A DNA stretch of 62,436 bases, the filler included, from Sanchytrium tribonematis (Eukaryota), in the NCBI GenBank assembly GCA_018985235.1. It is 6 parts of 6 records of this genome, joined end to end, with 100 filler letters (N's around TTAATTAATTAA, not from the genome) between each part and the next. Parts side by side here need not be neighbours in the genome. Positions count along the whole stretch, not along the records: positions 1 to 30,760 come from JADGIG010000052.1; 5 more parts are not named here. One strand, 5' to 3'. The notes under the pieces were generated by a model, which searched no databases, was not told where the DNA came from, and saw only the letters and a list, made by a program, of their open reading frames with translations. Both the position numbers and the translations under genes were made by a program. Position 1 is the stretch's first letter. Every line of letters starts with the position of its first letter. This document shows, piece by piece, positions 1 through 13,395 of this stretch.

Positions 1-13
1 CCAATCAAAGATT

Positions 14-1472
14 TTATTTTCTAGCATAGTATTGGTCCAAGTATTTTGGAGATATACGATTTAGCATTTCTTTTGGGAAAATTCTTAGTAATGACCAAGC
101 CAAATCCAAACTTTCTACGATGGTTCTACTTTCATATGGACCTTGTGCAATAAATGTTTTCTCGAATTTCTCCAAGAATTCAAGCGATAATTTGTCTTCT
201 TGATTCAAAGCTTCTTCACCTACCACAGCCTTCATAGCTGCTGCGTCTCTACCGATGGCATATTTGGCATACAATTGATTTGAAACATCGCCATGGTCTG
301 CCCGAGTCATTCCTGAATTAAAAATAAAAACCTTCTCCAATAGCAGATTTCATTAATCGACTAAGACTAGGAAGCACATTGATAGGCGGGTAAATTTGTC
401 TGTTGTGTAGCTGCCTATCGACGTAAACTTGTCCTTCAGTAATATAACCCGTTAAATCTGGAATAGGATGTGTAATATCGTCATTAGGCATAGTCAGAAT
501 TGGAATTTGAGTAATAGATCCATTTCTCCCTTCAACACGACCTGCTCTCTCATAAATAGTAGCCAAATCAGTGTACATGTAACCTGGATATCCTCGACGA
601 CCCGGTACTTCTTCACGGGCAGCACTAACCTCTCTCAAGGCATCTGCATAAGAAGACATGTCAGTCAAGATAACAAGCACGTGCTTTTCCAATTGATATG
701 CATAATATTCTGCAGTTGTTAAAGCTAGTCTCGGAGTAATAATACGTTCGATAGTAGGATCATTTGCCAAATTAAGAAATAAAGTAACTCGCTCCAAAGA
801 ACCATTTTCTTCGAAATCTTGCTTAAAAAATCTTGCAGTTTCCATATTGACACCCATAGCAGCAAAAACAATTGCAAAATTATCCTCGTGTCCATCTAAC
901 ACATCTTTCTTCTGCACCAAACCAGCTTGTCTACAAATTTGAGCAGCAATCTCGTTATGAGGTAGACCAGCAGCTGAAAAGATTGGAATTTTTTGCCCAC
1001 GAGCAATACTGTTCATTGTATCAATAGCACTAATACCAGTTTGGATCATTTCTTCTGGGTAAATTCTAGAATATGGATTAATAGGTTGCCCCATAATATC
1101 TAAATGGTCATCAGCAAATATTTGTGGCCCATTATCCAAAGGTTTACCACTGCCATTAAGAACACGCCCCAACATGTCTTCACTGACGGGCATTTTCAGA
1201 ACATCTCCTGTAAATGTAGAATTACAATGTCTGGAATCAATTCCAGTGGTGCCTTCAAAAACTTGAACAATCGCTTTTTTACCTTGAACATCCAAAACTT
1301 GTCCTGTTCTTTTGCTTCCATCTGCCAAAGTCAGCTCAACAATTTCGCTAAACTTGGCAAACCGAACGTTGTCCATAATTACTAAAGGACCATTGACGCC
1401 GCTAATGGTTATATAATTAAGCCTTGGGTTTTTAATGTAATCTCTTGTAACAGCTGCAATTCGTGGATCCAT
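14..1472 (-). CDS. VMA2: V-type ATPase subunit B; join(1472..332,312..14), 479 aa
   Basis: Motifs [32 protein letters not shown] and [17 protein letters not shown]; removing 313-331 restores the conserved KSAIGEGMTRxDH. Confidence 0.98.
313..331 (-). other. 19-nt GT-AG intron (gtttttatttttaattcag), phase 1
   Basis: Excision gives GAA G|GA ATG ACT, joining two ORFs into the conserved V-ATPase B sequence. Confidence 0.95.
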
Positions 1473-1938
1473 TTCTTAAAGTCAGAAGGAGTGTTTGAAA
1501 TTTTATATTTTTCATCGATTTATTCTAGGATCTTTGAATAATTAAAGCTCTCGAATTTTATAATTCACCTAGCGCAATATGTGGCTCTAATACCAATTGT
1601 CCCTCTTTTTCTAGAAAACAAGCTCATAAGGTAAATTTAACTATTGCCAAATTAAGAAGAAATTAAATGAGCATTATTTTTATTTTCAACGACTTAATGT
1701 TTTTGTTTCTATTGAATATAATTAATAAATTACCGCTATTAGATAATTAATATTGGTGAGACTCCACAAATAAATTTTTTAATAGGAATTTATTGATTCA
1801 CAAATTTTCCGCGTGCTTCGGAAGAACAATTATTAATGCTAATGAAATAAATTTATCAGCATATCAATTAACGCCTCAAATTCAATTTACCTAACTCGGG
1901 CTAAAGCGACGTCGTTTACAGTTTTGGAATTTTTTTAA

Positions 1939-4900
1939 ATGTTATCATTGAAAATCAACTTGACTACTCAAGGTAAGATAAAAACGATGCAATTTCCTGG
2001 AAACATAGCTATACATACTATCGTCCAGAAGATTAAGGAAGAGACTCAAATGGGAGAGTCGGCCGATCACGCCTTATATGATCCAGAGCACAAAAGGTGG
2101 TTGAAAATGGAAAAGACTTTATTTTATTATGATATACCTAGTAACCATGTTCTAGAATTTAAAAAGAAACATCGTCCTTTAAAATTAAAAATGTTGGATG
2201 GAACCCTGAAAACTGTCTTAATTGATGAAAGTTTATCAGTGCAGCAATTGGTGGATTTCTGTTGTGACAAGCTACAAATCAATAATCCTGAAGAATTTTC
2301 TCTAGGTATGGAAGTCGAAGTCGATGAGAAAGAGAAACAGAAGAAGGAAAAAGATAAGGAGCTCTCAAGTTTGACCGACCAGGCATTCAGATGGCTTAAT
2401 CCTGATCAAGCATTATGTGAGCAAAATATTACTAATGAGGATGTATTAGTTTTGAAAAAGAAGTTTTATTTTAGTGATCAAAATGTAGATCGTAATGACC
2501 CTGTTCAATTGAATTTAGTCTACACACAAGCCAGGAATCAAATTTTGTCAGAGAAACATCCTTGCACATTTGAGGAGGCCATCCAATTTGCTGCGATTCA
2601 ATGCCAAGTTCAATTTGGTAATAATGATCCAACAAAACATAAACCAGGTTTCTTGGAAGTGAAAGATTTTCTTCCACCTGAGTATCAAAGATCCAAAGAT
2701 GTAGAAAAAAGAGTTTTTGCTGAACATTCTAAACTTGGTGGTATGAATGATTTAAATGCAAAATATCGATACGTGCAACTCAGTAGATCTTTAAGAACTT
2801 ATGGTGTTACTTTTTATTTGGTAAAGGAAAAGACAAAGAAAAAAGGTGTTTTAGAACCAGTTTTGCTTGGTATCACGAAAGAAAAGATTATGAGGTTTGA
2901 CGTGAAGACTAAAGAAGTTGTTCATAGTTGGGCGTTAACCACATTAAGACGATGGGCCGCTACTCCAAATTCTTTGACTCTTGATTTTGGAGACCACAGC
3001 GATGCTTATTATACAGTTCAGACTGCTGAAGGAGATGTCATTTCTCAATTAATTGGTGGATACATCGACATCATTTTAAAGAAGAGAAGAGACGGAGAGC
3101 GAAAAGTAGAAGATGGCGCTGAAGAAATGGCAATGACTGAATCTATCCAGAGAGCACCTAAAATGGAAACTGCTAGTTTGATGGCTTTTAAGGAACAGAA
3201 GGCTCAAATGAAATCATTTGGAAATGGTCAACAATCTATGAAACCGAGCCAGACAGTTGCTCAGGTTGTAAAGATTGGTTTTGCGACTCATCAGGTGAGC
3301 GGTAATGTCATGAAGAAAAATGAAACACAAAAAATCGAAATGTCAAGTTTCGATGCCGTTCAACAACATCTACAATCTGGATTTGCAGCTATAAATTCTG
3401 CTTGTGTTGAACTACAGTATCCAAGTGCGATTCAACCTTTAGATACTGAGACACATCCAGAGGCATCTGTGTGGAAGAAAGAGGCTTGGTTTAAACATGC
3501 TGCTAATATAAATTCTAGGATGGTAAAACATGTGGAGAGCACCTCAATTTTGTTAAACCAGGCCATTTTGAATAAGGAAAGTCTAGATCTGGATCTTGTA
3601 GGTGGATCTATTTACACATTATCAAGTAATCTATCACAATTGGCAGCCGAAGCGAAAATGATCGGATGTTTTGCTGAAGATCAAGATCAGGCAGATAGAA
3701 TCTTAGATTCAACTCGAAGAATTGGTGCATCCACCGCTGAATGGCTTTTGGCTTGTCAAAACGCGCTAGAGGCTGGTCTGACCCCTCCTGAATTGTACAA
3801 AGCATCTCAATCCCTTGTAGATACAGTAGATGAGCTAATTAACTTATTAGGTACTAAAAACAGTAGTGATGAAGATAGACAATACGTTCTAAGTGCAGCT
3901 CAGAATATCACTGTTGAATTTTCTCATTTAATCGAGGAAAGCAGTCAATTTAAGGGTGAGCTCAGCTCTGTGAACAAAACAAAGTTTGAGAATGCGCTTC
4001 TTGATTTAAAAACAGCGTGTGCTCATGTTTTGGCTGTAGCAAAGTCTGTTTTGCCTATGTTGGACGTTACAGAATGTACCACACAAGCAATATATGCTGC
4101 TAAAAATGCATTAGAGTCCTCTCAAGCTATGTCTGGATTTCTGGACGACAATGAAAATGAGGGATTTGCGTACGCTTGTCAACAGCTCAACGGGAATATT
4201 GAAAGATTAGTGTCATTGTTGGATGGATCTCAGGAAAAGAACGTCGGAAATTTGAGTGAAAAAGTACAAAAAGTTCTGTCGTTGACAACTGAAGCAAATC
4301 AAGTTTCCTATGACGCTGATGCACTATTGGCCAAAATTAAGGAGATAACAGTAGCCTCAGCTGAATTATCGGCAGTCATTACAGCTTCAATTAACCAAAG
4401 TAATGATCCAAAAGAGATTGAAAGATTAAAGGCCGCTGCTAAAGATGCTGCAAAGAAGACTAATGATCTAGTTCAAGAAACAAGAAAGTGGACTAAAGAC
4501 CCTGATAATGATGATCTAAGAATGGGAGTCTTAAAGAGTGTTGGAAAACTGCAACTTGCGATGAAAAGTGTAAGTGGTGATACTAGAGAAAACGCTATCG
4601 AAAATTTACTTGAAATGGCTCAGAAGTCAATCTTAAATGTTTCCGGTTTGCTCAACGCCTGCTCTGGAGCTGCTTTGTCAAATAACAATCCAGCAGGCCA
4701 AAAACAATTGATGCAGGCAGCTAGAAAAACATTTATTCAAAATACTGATCTAGCAGGTTCAGTCGTGGAACTAAAAGAAGACATTAAGAATGTTCAAGCC
4801 CAATTGAAATTAATCAATGCTGCTACAGATTCCGTAAAAACCAATGAAAATTTACTTAAAGCAGTCAAATTTGCCAAAGATTTTATTGCAGATCCAAGTA

Positions 4901-7900
4901 TTAAAAAACAAGTGTCGGATGGTAATGACAGAGTTATTGAGAGTATGGAGAAAGTGAAAAGTGCTCTTGCAACAATCAGTTGCTTTGGTGATATTGGAGG
5001 GCCAGAATATGTACTTGATAGTATCTTGGACGGCTTAAAGAAGGGACAGAAGGAGATTAATGAAGTTAATTCAGATTTAACACTTCTTGACAAAGAAAAT
5101 GTTTTGGGAGATATTCGACAACTCCAAGATGATCTGAAACAAAATGCGAAAGCCGCATTTCAAGAACTTTTGAAAATCAAAAACTTTTCTCAAGAAGGCA
5201 ATGATCAAGGGGTCGGAGGAAGCGCACAAGATATGACATCTTATTTAAGCCGAGTAACCAATGCAGGTAAGCAAGTTGCTGCTATTTTAGGACTTGAGAA
5301 ATGGAACGAAGATACCGATGAACAGCAAGCCCAGTTGATTTCAAATCTTGCTAAATCTTACCTGCCATTGATCGCTATTGTTGAAAAAGCTAGAAATGCT
5401 TTAGGTAAAAAGGGAGACAGGAAAGAAATGGAAGATGATATCGCTAAATTCCAAAATGCTTTGACCGCATTAATGGCATCTCTGCCTGAACAAAAAGAAT
5501 TAGAAAAAGTTATCAATCAGGTGTCTGAAGTTTTGTCTAGACCGGTAGCTAATAATTCGCAAGAGCCAGAAGAAGCTAAAAACAAATTGTTCCAAAGTTC
5601 TTCTCAAATGTCGAATGCTTATAATCAATTGGTCAACGCCCACAAACTTCCACATAATGAGTTGCTCAAAATTATGAATGATATGACGAAACATCATTCC
5701 GAAATTGTCTCATCCGCATTAGCCATAAGTAATCAGCTTGATAATGAGGAAGATCGCCAAAGAATTCGCGCCTTATTATCCGAAATATCGGAGTCCAGCT
5801 CCTCTGTATTAGGATTTTCAAAGAGAGCTTCATCTGTCGTTTTAGACGATGTACAGCTCAAAGATACGATGTTAGGAACCTCTCAAAAATTGGGAACCGC
5901 GATTCAAGAGTTACTTCAAATTGTTTCTCAAGTTGGAAACGAGGACGAACAAATGGCTAAAATCAATATTAAGAAAGCTGTTGAGAAGGGTCAAGATATA
6001 ATTAAAAATTGCAATGTTCCTCCAAAGATTATTGACTCATATGACAAAATTTCCGATGATGTCGCTGGTGCACTTGATAAGGTACTTGCTGCATTAGACA
6101 AGCTAAGAGGCGACTTAAATAAGAATACTTTGGAAGCAGTCAGTACCGAAGCTGAGAAGGCCACTATTGAATTTGCATCAGCTTTGGCCAAGGCCCTTTA
6201 TGTTGTTGCATTGAACGACTTTGATACGGTTCAAGGAACTCCTGGATTTGTAGACTGTGCAGTTCAAGAAGCTGGGTATGAAAGATTAAAAGAAAGAGTT
6301 GAACAACTTAAGAAGTCCAAAACGCCTCAAGAAGTTGCGCAAGTTACTGCTGACATTGCAAAAATAACAAACAGCGTAATGTTGCTTTGTAAAGAGCTAG
6401 CTGCAGATAAAACAGGTAAAGTAAGTCCAACAGATCAGCAGTATTTTATGCAATATGCCCAATACATTGGACAAAGTGTTCAGGGCTTTGTTGGTGCAGT
6501 AAAACTATTTAGCACCGCCATGAATGATGAAAATAGACAACAAACTATGGCTCATGCAAATGGAATTGCCGAGGGAATCAAGGGCATTGTACAGTATCTC
6601 AAAGAGCCTCAATTTAATGGTACTCCCACTCAATTTGGTTCAAAAGCCTTGGTCATGCAAAAACCTATTCAAGACTCTGCCAAGAAGTTTTTCAGAGCTT
6701 TGGATGGTAGTGGGAACGCCTTGACAATTTTAAGTCTTAACCCTCAAAACACGTCTATTTTGGGTCAAATTGCAACCAATGCTAAAGTAATGAATGATTC
6801 CAAAAACGGTATTCTCAAATCATTAGAAGAACAAAGTCCAGGGAAAAAGAAATTGGAACAGATTGCTGATAAGTTGCAAAACACTCTGATTGATTTGGAC
6901 GCAGCTTTATTAAAATGTGCAACAGAAGGTTTAACCAAGTCTCCTGACGCTCAGGTAAATCAAACAATGGATGCCGCAGACATGGTTGCGACCGCATTAA
7001 ACGATTTAGATCACTTGAATTTAGAACCTGCGTACATATCCAAACAGGCACTTCAACTCAACGATTTACACGATATGATTATGAAACAAATGCTCGCAGA
7101 AGCAAGTATTCGAGACAACAAGGCTACCCAATGTGATATTGTTGGTTTGCTAAAAGATTTAACTGAAGCATTTTTGGACTTGCAATTGGCTTTGAAAGAT
7201 ATGAATTCATCAGAAATTGCTGAGAAGAGAGAAAAAGTGTACGATAAATTAGATGACATAAAAGGGTATTGGGTTCAATCCGAATCTCTGGATAAACTTG
7301 TGGAAAGTGCTAAATCTCAAATCTCTGCAATTCATGGAAATATTTTAAAGACATATCCTACCTCATCTGGTGCAATTGTTCCATTGGCCGCATTTTTAAA
7401 TGACTGTAGAGAACTTATTTTAAGTATCGGGTCATTTGCTGGTGTTATCGGTAAAGAAAATCCTGATTTTGAAAGCAAGATTCCTGCTATACCCAGCAAG
7501 CTACAAAGCATGCAGCCTAGTCTTTGCATTGCATTAAAAGTTGCTGAAGTTTCTACTAAAAACGAGATCGACTCAAATTTGAAAGCACTTGTCTTGGGGC
7601 TTTGCACATATTTAGATATGATGAGAAATGCTTTTATGAGACCAGCTGATGGTAGTGCTAAATCTTCATTGAGTAGCGCTAGTAGAGATGTGTCAACAAG
7701 AGTAGGGGCATTGATAAACAGTGTCAAAAATGCCAACCCTGGGCTTTCTCAAACTGAGAATGCAGTTTCAAAGATTAATGATGACGTTATGGCTGGAATT
7801 GAAAGTACAATGGTATTCGCTGAAGCAGGCCAATTAGAACCTTCTTCTGGTGACAAACCATTCAAAGAATATCATGGAGATATTCAGGTTGGTGTTAAGA

Positions 7901-9562
7901 GGTTGATTGAAGATGTGAAAGGTATTGTTTCAGCCACTGCACAGTCCATGAATAATCTTGGAGATTTCAGTGGAAAGAGTGCGAAGCATTTGGAAGAAGT
8001 GTGGGCTTTGTCAAAAAGTGCAATCGCAAGTGTGACTTCTGCTGATAAGCTTACCCAAATTGAATTATTAAAATCTGCAGCGGCCATGTCTCAGAGTATG
8101 AATGAATTGATCAGCACTGCAATGCAAGTGTGTGGCAAACCACAAAATGATCCTGAATTCGCAACTGTTCTGCCTCAAGCTGCAAAGAAAGCCGCACAAC
8201 AAATTGCAGTATTTTACAAAGCTGTTGAGAGTGTGAGCGATGAAAAAACTAGAGCTTTGAAAGCTATTACAGCTGTAATGGGAGATTTGAAATTCCAGGA
8301 AGATGCGTTCTTAAGTGACCAAAAAGCTGAAGGGTATATTTTATTTATATAGTACTGCGTTACCAGATGATGTTCTTAAATGCTCCAGAGATGTTGCTGC
8401 TAGTGTAGCCGCAATGATGTCCACATTTGGAAAGAAAGATGAGTTAGTCTTCAAACTAAACGACTCTAAGAAATTGGTAGATGAAATGATCAGAACAACT
8501 AGAGCTTCCATTGAAAATGCTCCTGATGCTCAGAAAAACAAAATGAAAGTTAACATTCAGTCATTCTTTGAAAATTTTGGAGTATTGCTAACTACTCTCA
8601 ACGATCCAAATGCAGATAAATCTAAAATGGAAGAAGCCGCCCGAAGAGTTGGCGCTTCTATTAGTGGTATTTCTGATGTTGCTAAGCAATTAACACCTGA
8701 TGGCTATGTCGACCAGGATGATCCAAACTATATTGCTGAGCAAGAATTAATATCAGCTGCCAATGCAATTGACATTGCGTCAAAGAAATTAGCTAAGATG
8801 ACATTTGCTCCACGAAAAGAAGGTGAAGATATGACATTTGAAGAGGCATGTGCAGAAATTGCAAGAGCTGTTATTGGCGCTTCATCTGCCTTGATTAAAG
8901 CTGCTACCAGTGTTCAAAGAGAAATTGGTTCAAAAGGTCACAAACTTAAGAAAGAAAATGAAATGTTCTTCAGTGATGGTACTTGGAGTGATGGACTGGT
9001 GAGTGCTGCTAAAGTTGTTGTAGCAGCTGTAGGTGATCTCGTAACTCTTGTCAATGAGGCATCAAAAGGTAAAATTCAACCTGAAAAGATTGTAGTTGTT
9101 GCAAGAAGTATCGCAAGTAGCTGTGCACATTTGATTGCATCCGCAAGTGTCAAAGTGGACTTGGAAAGTCAGGCTCAATTGAGATTGAAAGCTGCTGGTA
9201 AACAAGTTACTGCTGCGGTCGAAAACTTGGTGAATACTGTTGAAGAAAAAGTCCAACCTGACGACAATGCTGTATTCAATGATGCAAAGGCCAGCGGTGT
9301 CAAGGGCAGAATCGGAGAAATGGATGCCCAAACTGAAATTTTGAGAATGGAGAAAGAATTAGAAAAAGCCAGAAATAGGTTGGCTGGAATGAGAAAAGAT
9401 AAATATACAAAGCCAGAAGATATTAAAACAGGAACTATCAAATCTGCTTCAAAGGAGACCCCACCATCTTCTAGTAGCACTTTTGCAATGAACCGTGATT
9501 CTGCCACCAGGCTCAGTCAAATTGGAAGTAAGAGCACTATGATGAAACCACAAAAGCCATAA
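1939..9562 (+). CDS. TLN: Talin (FERM head, helical rod, I/LWEQ actin-binding domain, dimerisation helix); join(1939..8333,8353..9562), 2534 aa
   Basis: KKFYFSDQNVDRNDPVQLNLVY, RSLRTYGVTFYLVKEK, WAATPNSLTLDFGD, ISQLIGGYIDIILKK; C-terminal DGTWSDGLVSAAKVV and EMDAQTEILRMEKELEKARNRL. Confidence 0.96.
8334..8352 (+). other. 19-nt GT-AG intron (gtatattttatttatatag), phase 2
   Basis: Excision gives GAA GG|T ACT GCG, fusing the 2137-aa and 415-aa ORFs into one full-length talin. Confidence 0.93.
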
Positions 9563-9822
9563 TAAAATTTATTTTGTTTCCATTTCCTCGCAGAAAATAA
9601 ATCACTGACTTTGTTGGATGACTACTTGGTATATTTGTCAAATTTTTTAAGGGTGATCTGTTTTCATCTAAACTTATCCATCCCCTCTAAACTGCCCTTT
9701 TACCATCTAAAATGACGCAAACCCACGTCTAAATTGGAGAATTACGACAACTATATTGCTAATGACGCATCAAAATGTTACATGTGGCAGTATTTAATGA
9801 TTGACCTCCCCAAAAATAAATC

Positions 9823-11029
9823 ATGAAGGGGCATTATATGAAATCGATATCTCCTAAATTAATGTCAATAGAATCACCTGACTCGTTTTGGGAGCGAGTA
9901 CTCAACTCCGAGCCCATATCTAATAAGAAACTAAAAGAATCAGCACGAAAAGGCATTCCTCAAGAATATAGAAGAAAAATATGGATAAAATTGGGAAGTA
10001 ATTTTTCAATTCCATTGAAACCAAACGAGAATATATTAAAATGCTTGGGAACAAAATTTCCTCATATCGAGTATGCACCATATCTTAAAAATCTGATTTA
10101 TGTTATGAGAACAATTTTAGACCCTGGTGAGACTGCGAGTCTCATCGGGTCCATGATTATGGATGACAAACTTTTAGTGAATTCCAATTATACTCAAATG
10201 ATTAATCTTGCTGAAAGCATGAACAAAAATGGCGGAAATTGTGAAAGAATGATGGACTCATTTTTTAACGATCTTTCAATAGAATTAAGATGTAGACTGA
10301 TAGACTGCTTAATAGTGGAGGGGTTTAAAATATCAGTTAAATTCTGCCTGTCGGCGTTGTCATTCCCTGAACTGCCTGATGACCTTATATTTATGAAAAA
10401 AGTATTCTCATTTTCTTTTTCTAGAAAGAAATTAGACTCTGCAAAAACGTCTCCATATTCCCCAGAAATTATCGGTCATGATTTTCCAAATGATGCCGAT
10501 CTTACAGAAGAAGACTGGTTGTTTATCTGGAAACACATTCCTCAAAGAGATATCCAGAGTCATTTAAATTTATGTTTTTCTTCAAATGAACACGGATATA
10601 ACATTTCATCTCTTTACAGATTGTTGGACGATAATTCTCCATTCATATTATTTATTACAACACTAGATCACGAAGTCTTTGGAGTTTTTGTTTCTAGCCC
10701 TGTAGATTTTGGCCAAGATTGTGGAAATGGTGATACACTTTTATTTCAAATACAACCAAGTCACCATTGCTATAAAGTTAACAAGGATAAAAGTGAAATT
10801 GACAAATGTTTTATTGCCAATAAGAAGGAAATAATTGTTGGTTCTTCAAAGTACATTTTATTAATTTAGACATGGTCAAGCCCTATGGATACACGAATCT
10901 TTGACATTTGGATATACTGCATCTTCCAATACATTTATGAGTCCGCCTTTGGTCTCCTCGAAGCAACACGCCAACCACGTTGGTCACAAATTTGAAATTG
11001 CGAATTTAAAAATTTATGTTCTAGAATAA
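9823..11029 (+). CDS. Degenerate TBC (RabGAP-like) + TLDc domain protein (TBC1D24-like); join(9823..10850,10870..11029), 395 aa
   Basis: LKESARKGIPQEYRRKIW (TBC start); FSSNEHGYNISSLY, EVFGVF, GNGDTLLF (TLDc); spliced exon supplies ALWIHESLTFGYTASSNTFMSPPL...FEIANLKIY. Confidence 0.85.
10851..10869 (+). other. 19-nt GT-AG intron (gtacattttattaatttag), phase 2
   Basis: Excision gives TCA AA|A CAT GGT and opens the missing TLDc C-terminus to TAA at 11027-11029. Confidence 0.92.
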
Positions 11030-11180
11030 ATACTCTTTTATAATTAATCGCCTCTCATTAGCACTAAGGGCCTTTCTATTCCGTCGATTAGGTCATTTAT
11101 CTCATCAAATTTACCATTCATGCTAATTGAATTTTTTACAATATTACTGATCAAATTTGTCTAAAGGGATTCAATCCCAA
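11022..11180 (-). pseudogene. Decayed duplicate of the 3' end of the SLC12 gene (copy of ~13371-13580)
   Basis: Shared blocks tagaataaatactct, cctctcattagcactaagggcctttctattccgtc, ttaccattcatgctaat, caaatttgtctaa; deletions of 18, 21 and ~14 nt. Confidence 0.9.
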
Positions 11181-11446
11181 AGCACGTCGGAAGTTCAAAT
11201 GTTTTGAATTAATGCAAGACGATTTTGATGCTGAATTTATGGGAATTTGAAAAGCAGTCAATGGCTCTGAAACTCTGAAAGTGATGAGGATTGGTAAATA
11301 AACACTAGATAAATGCAAAGAAATTAAATGCCATCTATTGTTGTATTAATACTTGAATAAAACTTTTGAGACTTAAGATTCAGCTAGTGGGCAATTTGCC
11401 TGAACAAATAGAAAGACAATAAGTTTGAGTTTTAGCATACCACTAT

Positions 11447-13138
11447 TTATTTCAAACCAGAAGCTGAGCATAAAATCCTAAGAGAATTGTTCAATTTACA
11501 AGCCTCGTCGACCCATTCAGGTTCCAATTCCCAAACTTTATCCTTCTTATGACATTCTGGGCTGCAATAAACATATCGTATATTCGAAACCTTCTTCAAA
11601 CCAGTAGCTCTTAGTAAAAATTGATTCACGTTGTCTCCTATACTCAAGTAAATATCCGAAGAAATCGCGGAACTATTGCTTGTTGCTGGATCTTTTACTT
11701 TTTTAGCAGGAATTTTTTTGCTTAAGTCTTCTCTTTTCGATGCATGCGCTGTGTAAGAGCTGCAACTGATTTGAAAAGCATAAACAAAATCATCAACAAC
11801 CAAAAATGCGTCTATAGCTCGGAATCTTGGAGGTAGAAAGTAAAAGGTATTTTTCGATGCAATATTTTGAGAAGCACTGTTCGTATCGCACCAATTTTGA
11901 AAAGTACCTTCAAGATCGCGATTATTGTAAAGGCATTTTGAGTCTATAATCTGAAGGTTCACACTAGCATCTTCCACAATAGCGTATTTAGTCTTTTTCT
12001 GGGGTGGGCCCTCTTTTTCTTGTGATTGTCTTTTAACAAAATAAATAAGTTTAAGGTCAAGTGAATTAGATATGAGATCCTTGATATACAATGGCACAAA
12101 CGATGCCTCAAACAAATGAGTTGATACTGTACCTAAGACACCTTGTAAAACGTCAAGAATAGTAGTATCTTGGAGCAATTGAAGTAAACCACGTTCGTAC
12201 GATGCCAATAAAGTGCCATTTTCATCTACCAAATTGAGATCCCACAATGCGACTGACGAAATTGAAGCAGTAACCCCGGTGTAGAGCATATTCAATATCA
12301 AACCAATCGTGCTTCTCTTATTTTCCTTAAGATTGTATAACTTTCTACATGCAAAAAGTCCTGCTTTTTTCGAAAATGCTTTATCGATATCAGGGACTTC
12401 ATCTTGAAGCAGATTTGCATAAATATCGACGAAATAAAAGATTCCACCAGTAAGTTTTAACAAATGAGAGATATCGACTGTTGTGGCTGGCAGACGATGG
12501 CTAACATAGGTGGTTACAGTCTCAATATCTAATGGCTTGATATCTACTATTTTCCATATTCCGGATGAAACTATATTATCAGCAATAAGATATCTGATAA
12601 CTAACCTCTCGTCCATACTATTAAATTTCCAACTACCAGACCCTGCTACAATCTGAGTGACACGGTTATCTCTAAATTGCTCTAAATTTTGAATGGGTCT
12701 TGTAAACCTATAATACGCGTCAATCTCATCATTGCCTTCCTTACCGGGCCACATGTCAATTAATAGGATTTTTTTATAATCTTTCTTTTTCAAAAGCAAA
12801 TGCATCATACGACTTGGTTCTGGATATGGCTCAGAGAGATGACTTTGTAAGGTATCTATCAGCTCATCTGTGAATCTAACAGTTGCATCTTGTACATACA
12901 AAACTATCAAATCTCTAATGTTATATTTTTTAATATAAATTTCGATAAGACCTTTTAAAATTATCAAGTCGGTACTCTTTCCCACTCCCCAGCTACCTTG
13001 TAAAATATAATATGGAAATTTTGGGGAATCTAAAGCCGATAGCAATTCTGGAGGAAAATTTAATAAACATTCTTTGTCTTTGTATTTAAAGAAAGGAATT
13101 TGGGATATAAAATCCTTGATGGTAGGCGGTTGACTCAT
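11447..13138 (-). CDS. P-loop NTPase + C-terminal restriction-endonuclease-fold protein (Crinkler/RHS-type NTPase-REase architecture)
   Basis: Walker A ILQGSWGVGKST, Walker B ILLID, LTGGI motif; C-terminal FRAIDAFLVVDDFVYAFQISCSSYTAH resembles the D...QxS/T..H REase variant. Confidence 0.7.
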   Translation of the reverse strand: MSQPPTIKDFISQIPFFKYKDKECLLNFPPELLSALDSPKFPYYILQGSWGVGKSTDLIILKGLIEIYIKKYNIRDLIVLYVQDATVRFTDELIDTLQSHLSEPYPEPSRMMHLLLKKKDYKKILLIDMWPGKEGNDEIDAYYRFTRPIQNLEQFRDNRVTQIVAGSGSWKFNSMDERLVIRYLIADNIVSSGIWKIVDIKPLDIETVTTYVSHRLPATTVDISHLLKLTGGIFYFVDIYANLLQDEVPDIDKAFSKKAGLFACRKLYNLKENKRSTIGLILNMLYTGVTASISSVALWDLNLVDENGTLLASYERGLLQLLQDTTILDVLQGVLGTVSTHLFEASFVPLYIKDLISNSLDLKLIYFVKRQSQEKEGPPQKKTKYAIVEDASVNLQIIDSKCLYNNRDLEGTFQNWCDTNSASQNIASKNTFYFLPPRFRAIDAFLVVDDFVYAFQISCSSYTAHASKREDLSKKIPAKKVKDPATSNSSAISSDIYLSIGDNVNQFLLRATGLKKVSNIRYVYCSPECHKKDKVWELEPEWVDEACKLNNSLRILCSASGLK

Positions 13139-13395
13139 AAATTAAAGATGTGTTTCCCCCTTACCCCTTCAAGGTAAAGTTGTGTATGAATAATGAGGAA
13201 AGCCAGTAAAATATAATCCGGTACTTGCTTCCATTTAGCCAGCTCGCACTTTCTTTAGTGAATTCTATGTCAGCAGACTAGATGCATTTCCGCCAGTGTC
13301 AGTATTTGTGTCATATTGTGTTATCTTTTCAGCAAAAAAAATTATTTGTCCAACTTTTGGAAACCATTGTTAGAATAAATACTCTCATTTTAAAA

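Noticed and set aside
318..8352. Programmed frameshifting or stop-codon reassignment as the cause of split genes
   Set aside because: Each split is explained exactly by a 19-nt GT-AG excision, long ORFs are open in the standard code, and TAA/TGA end conserved proteins at expected positions.
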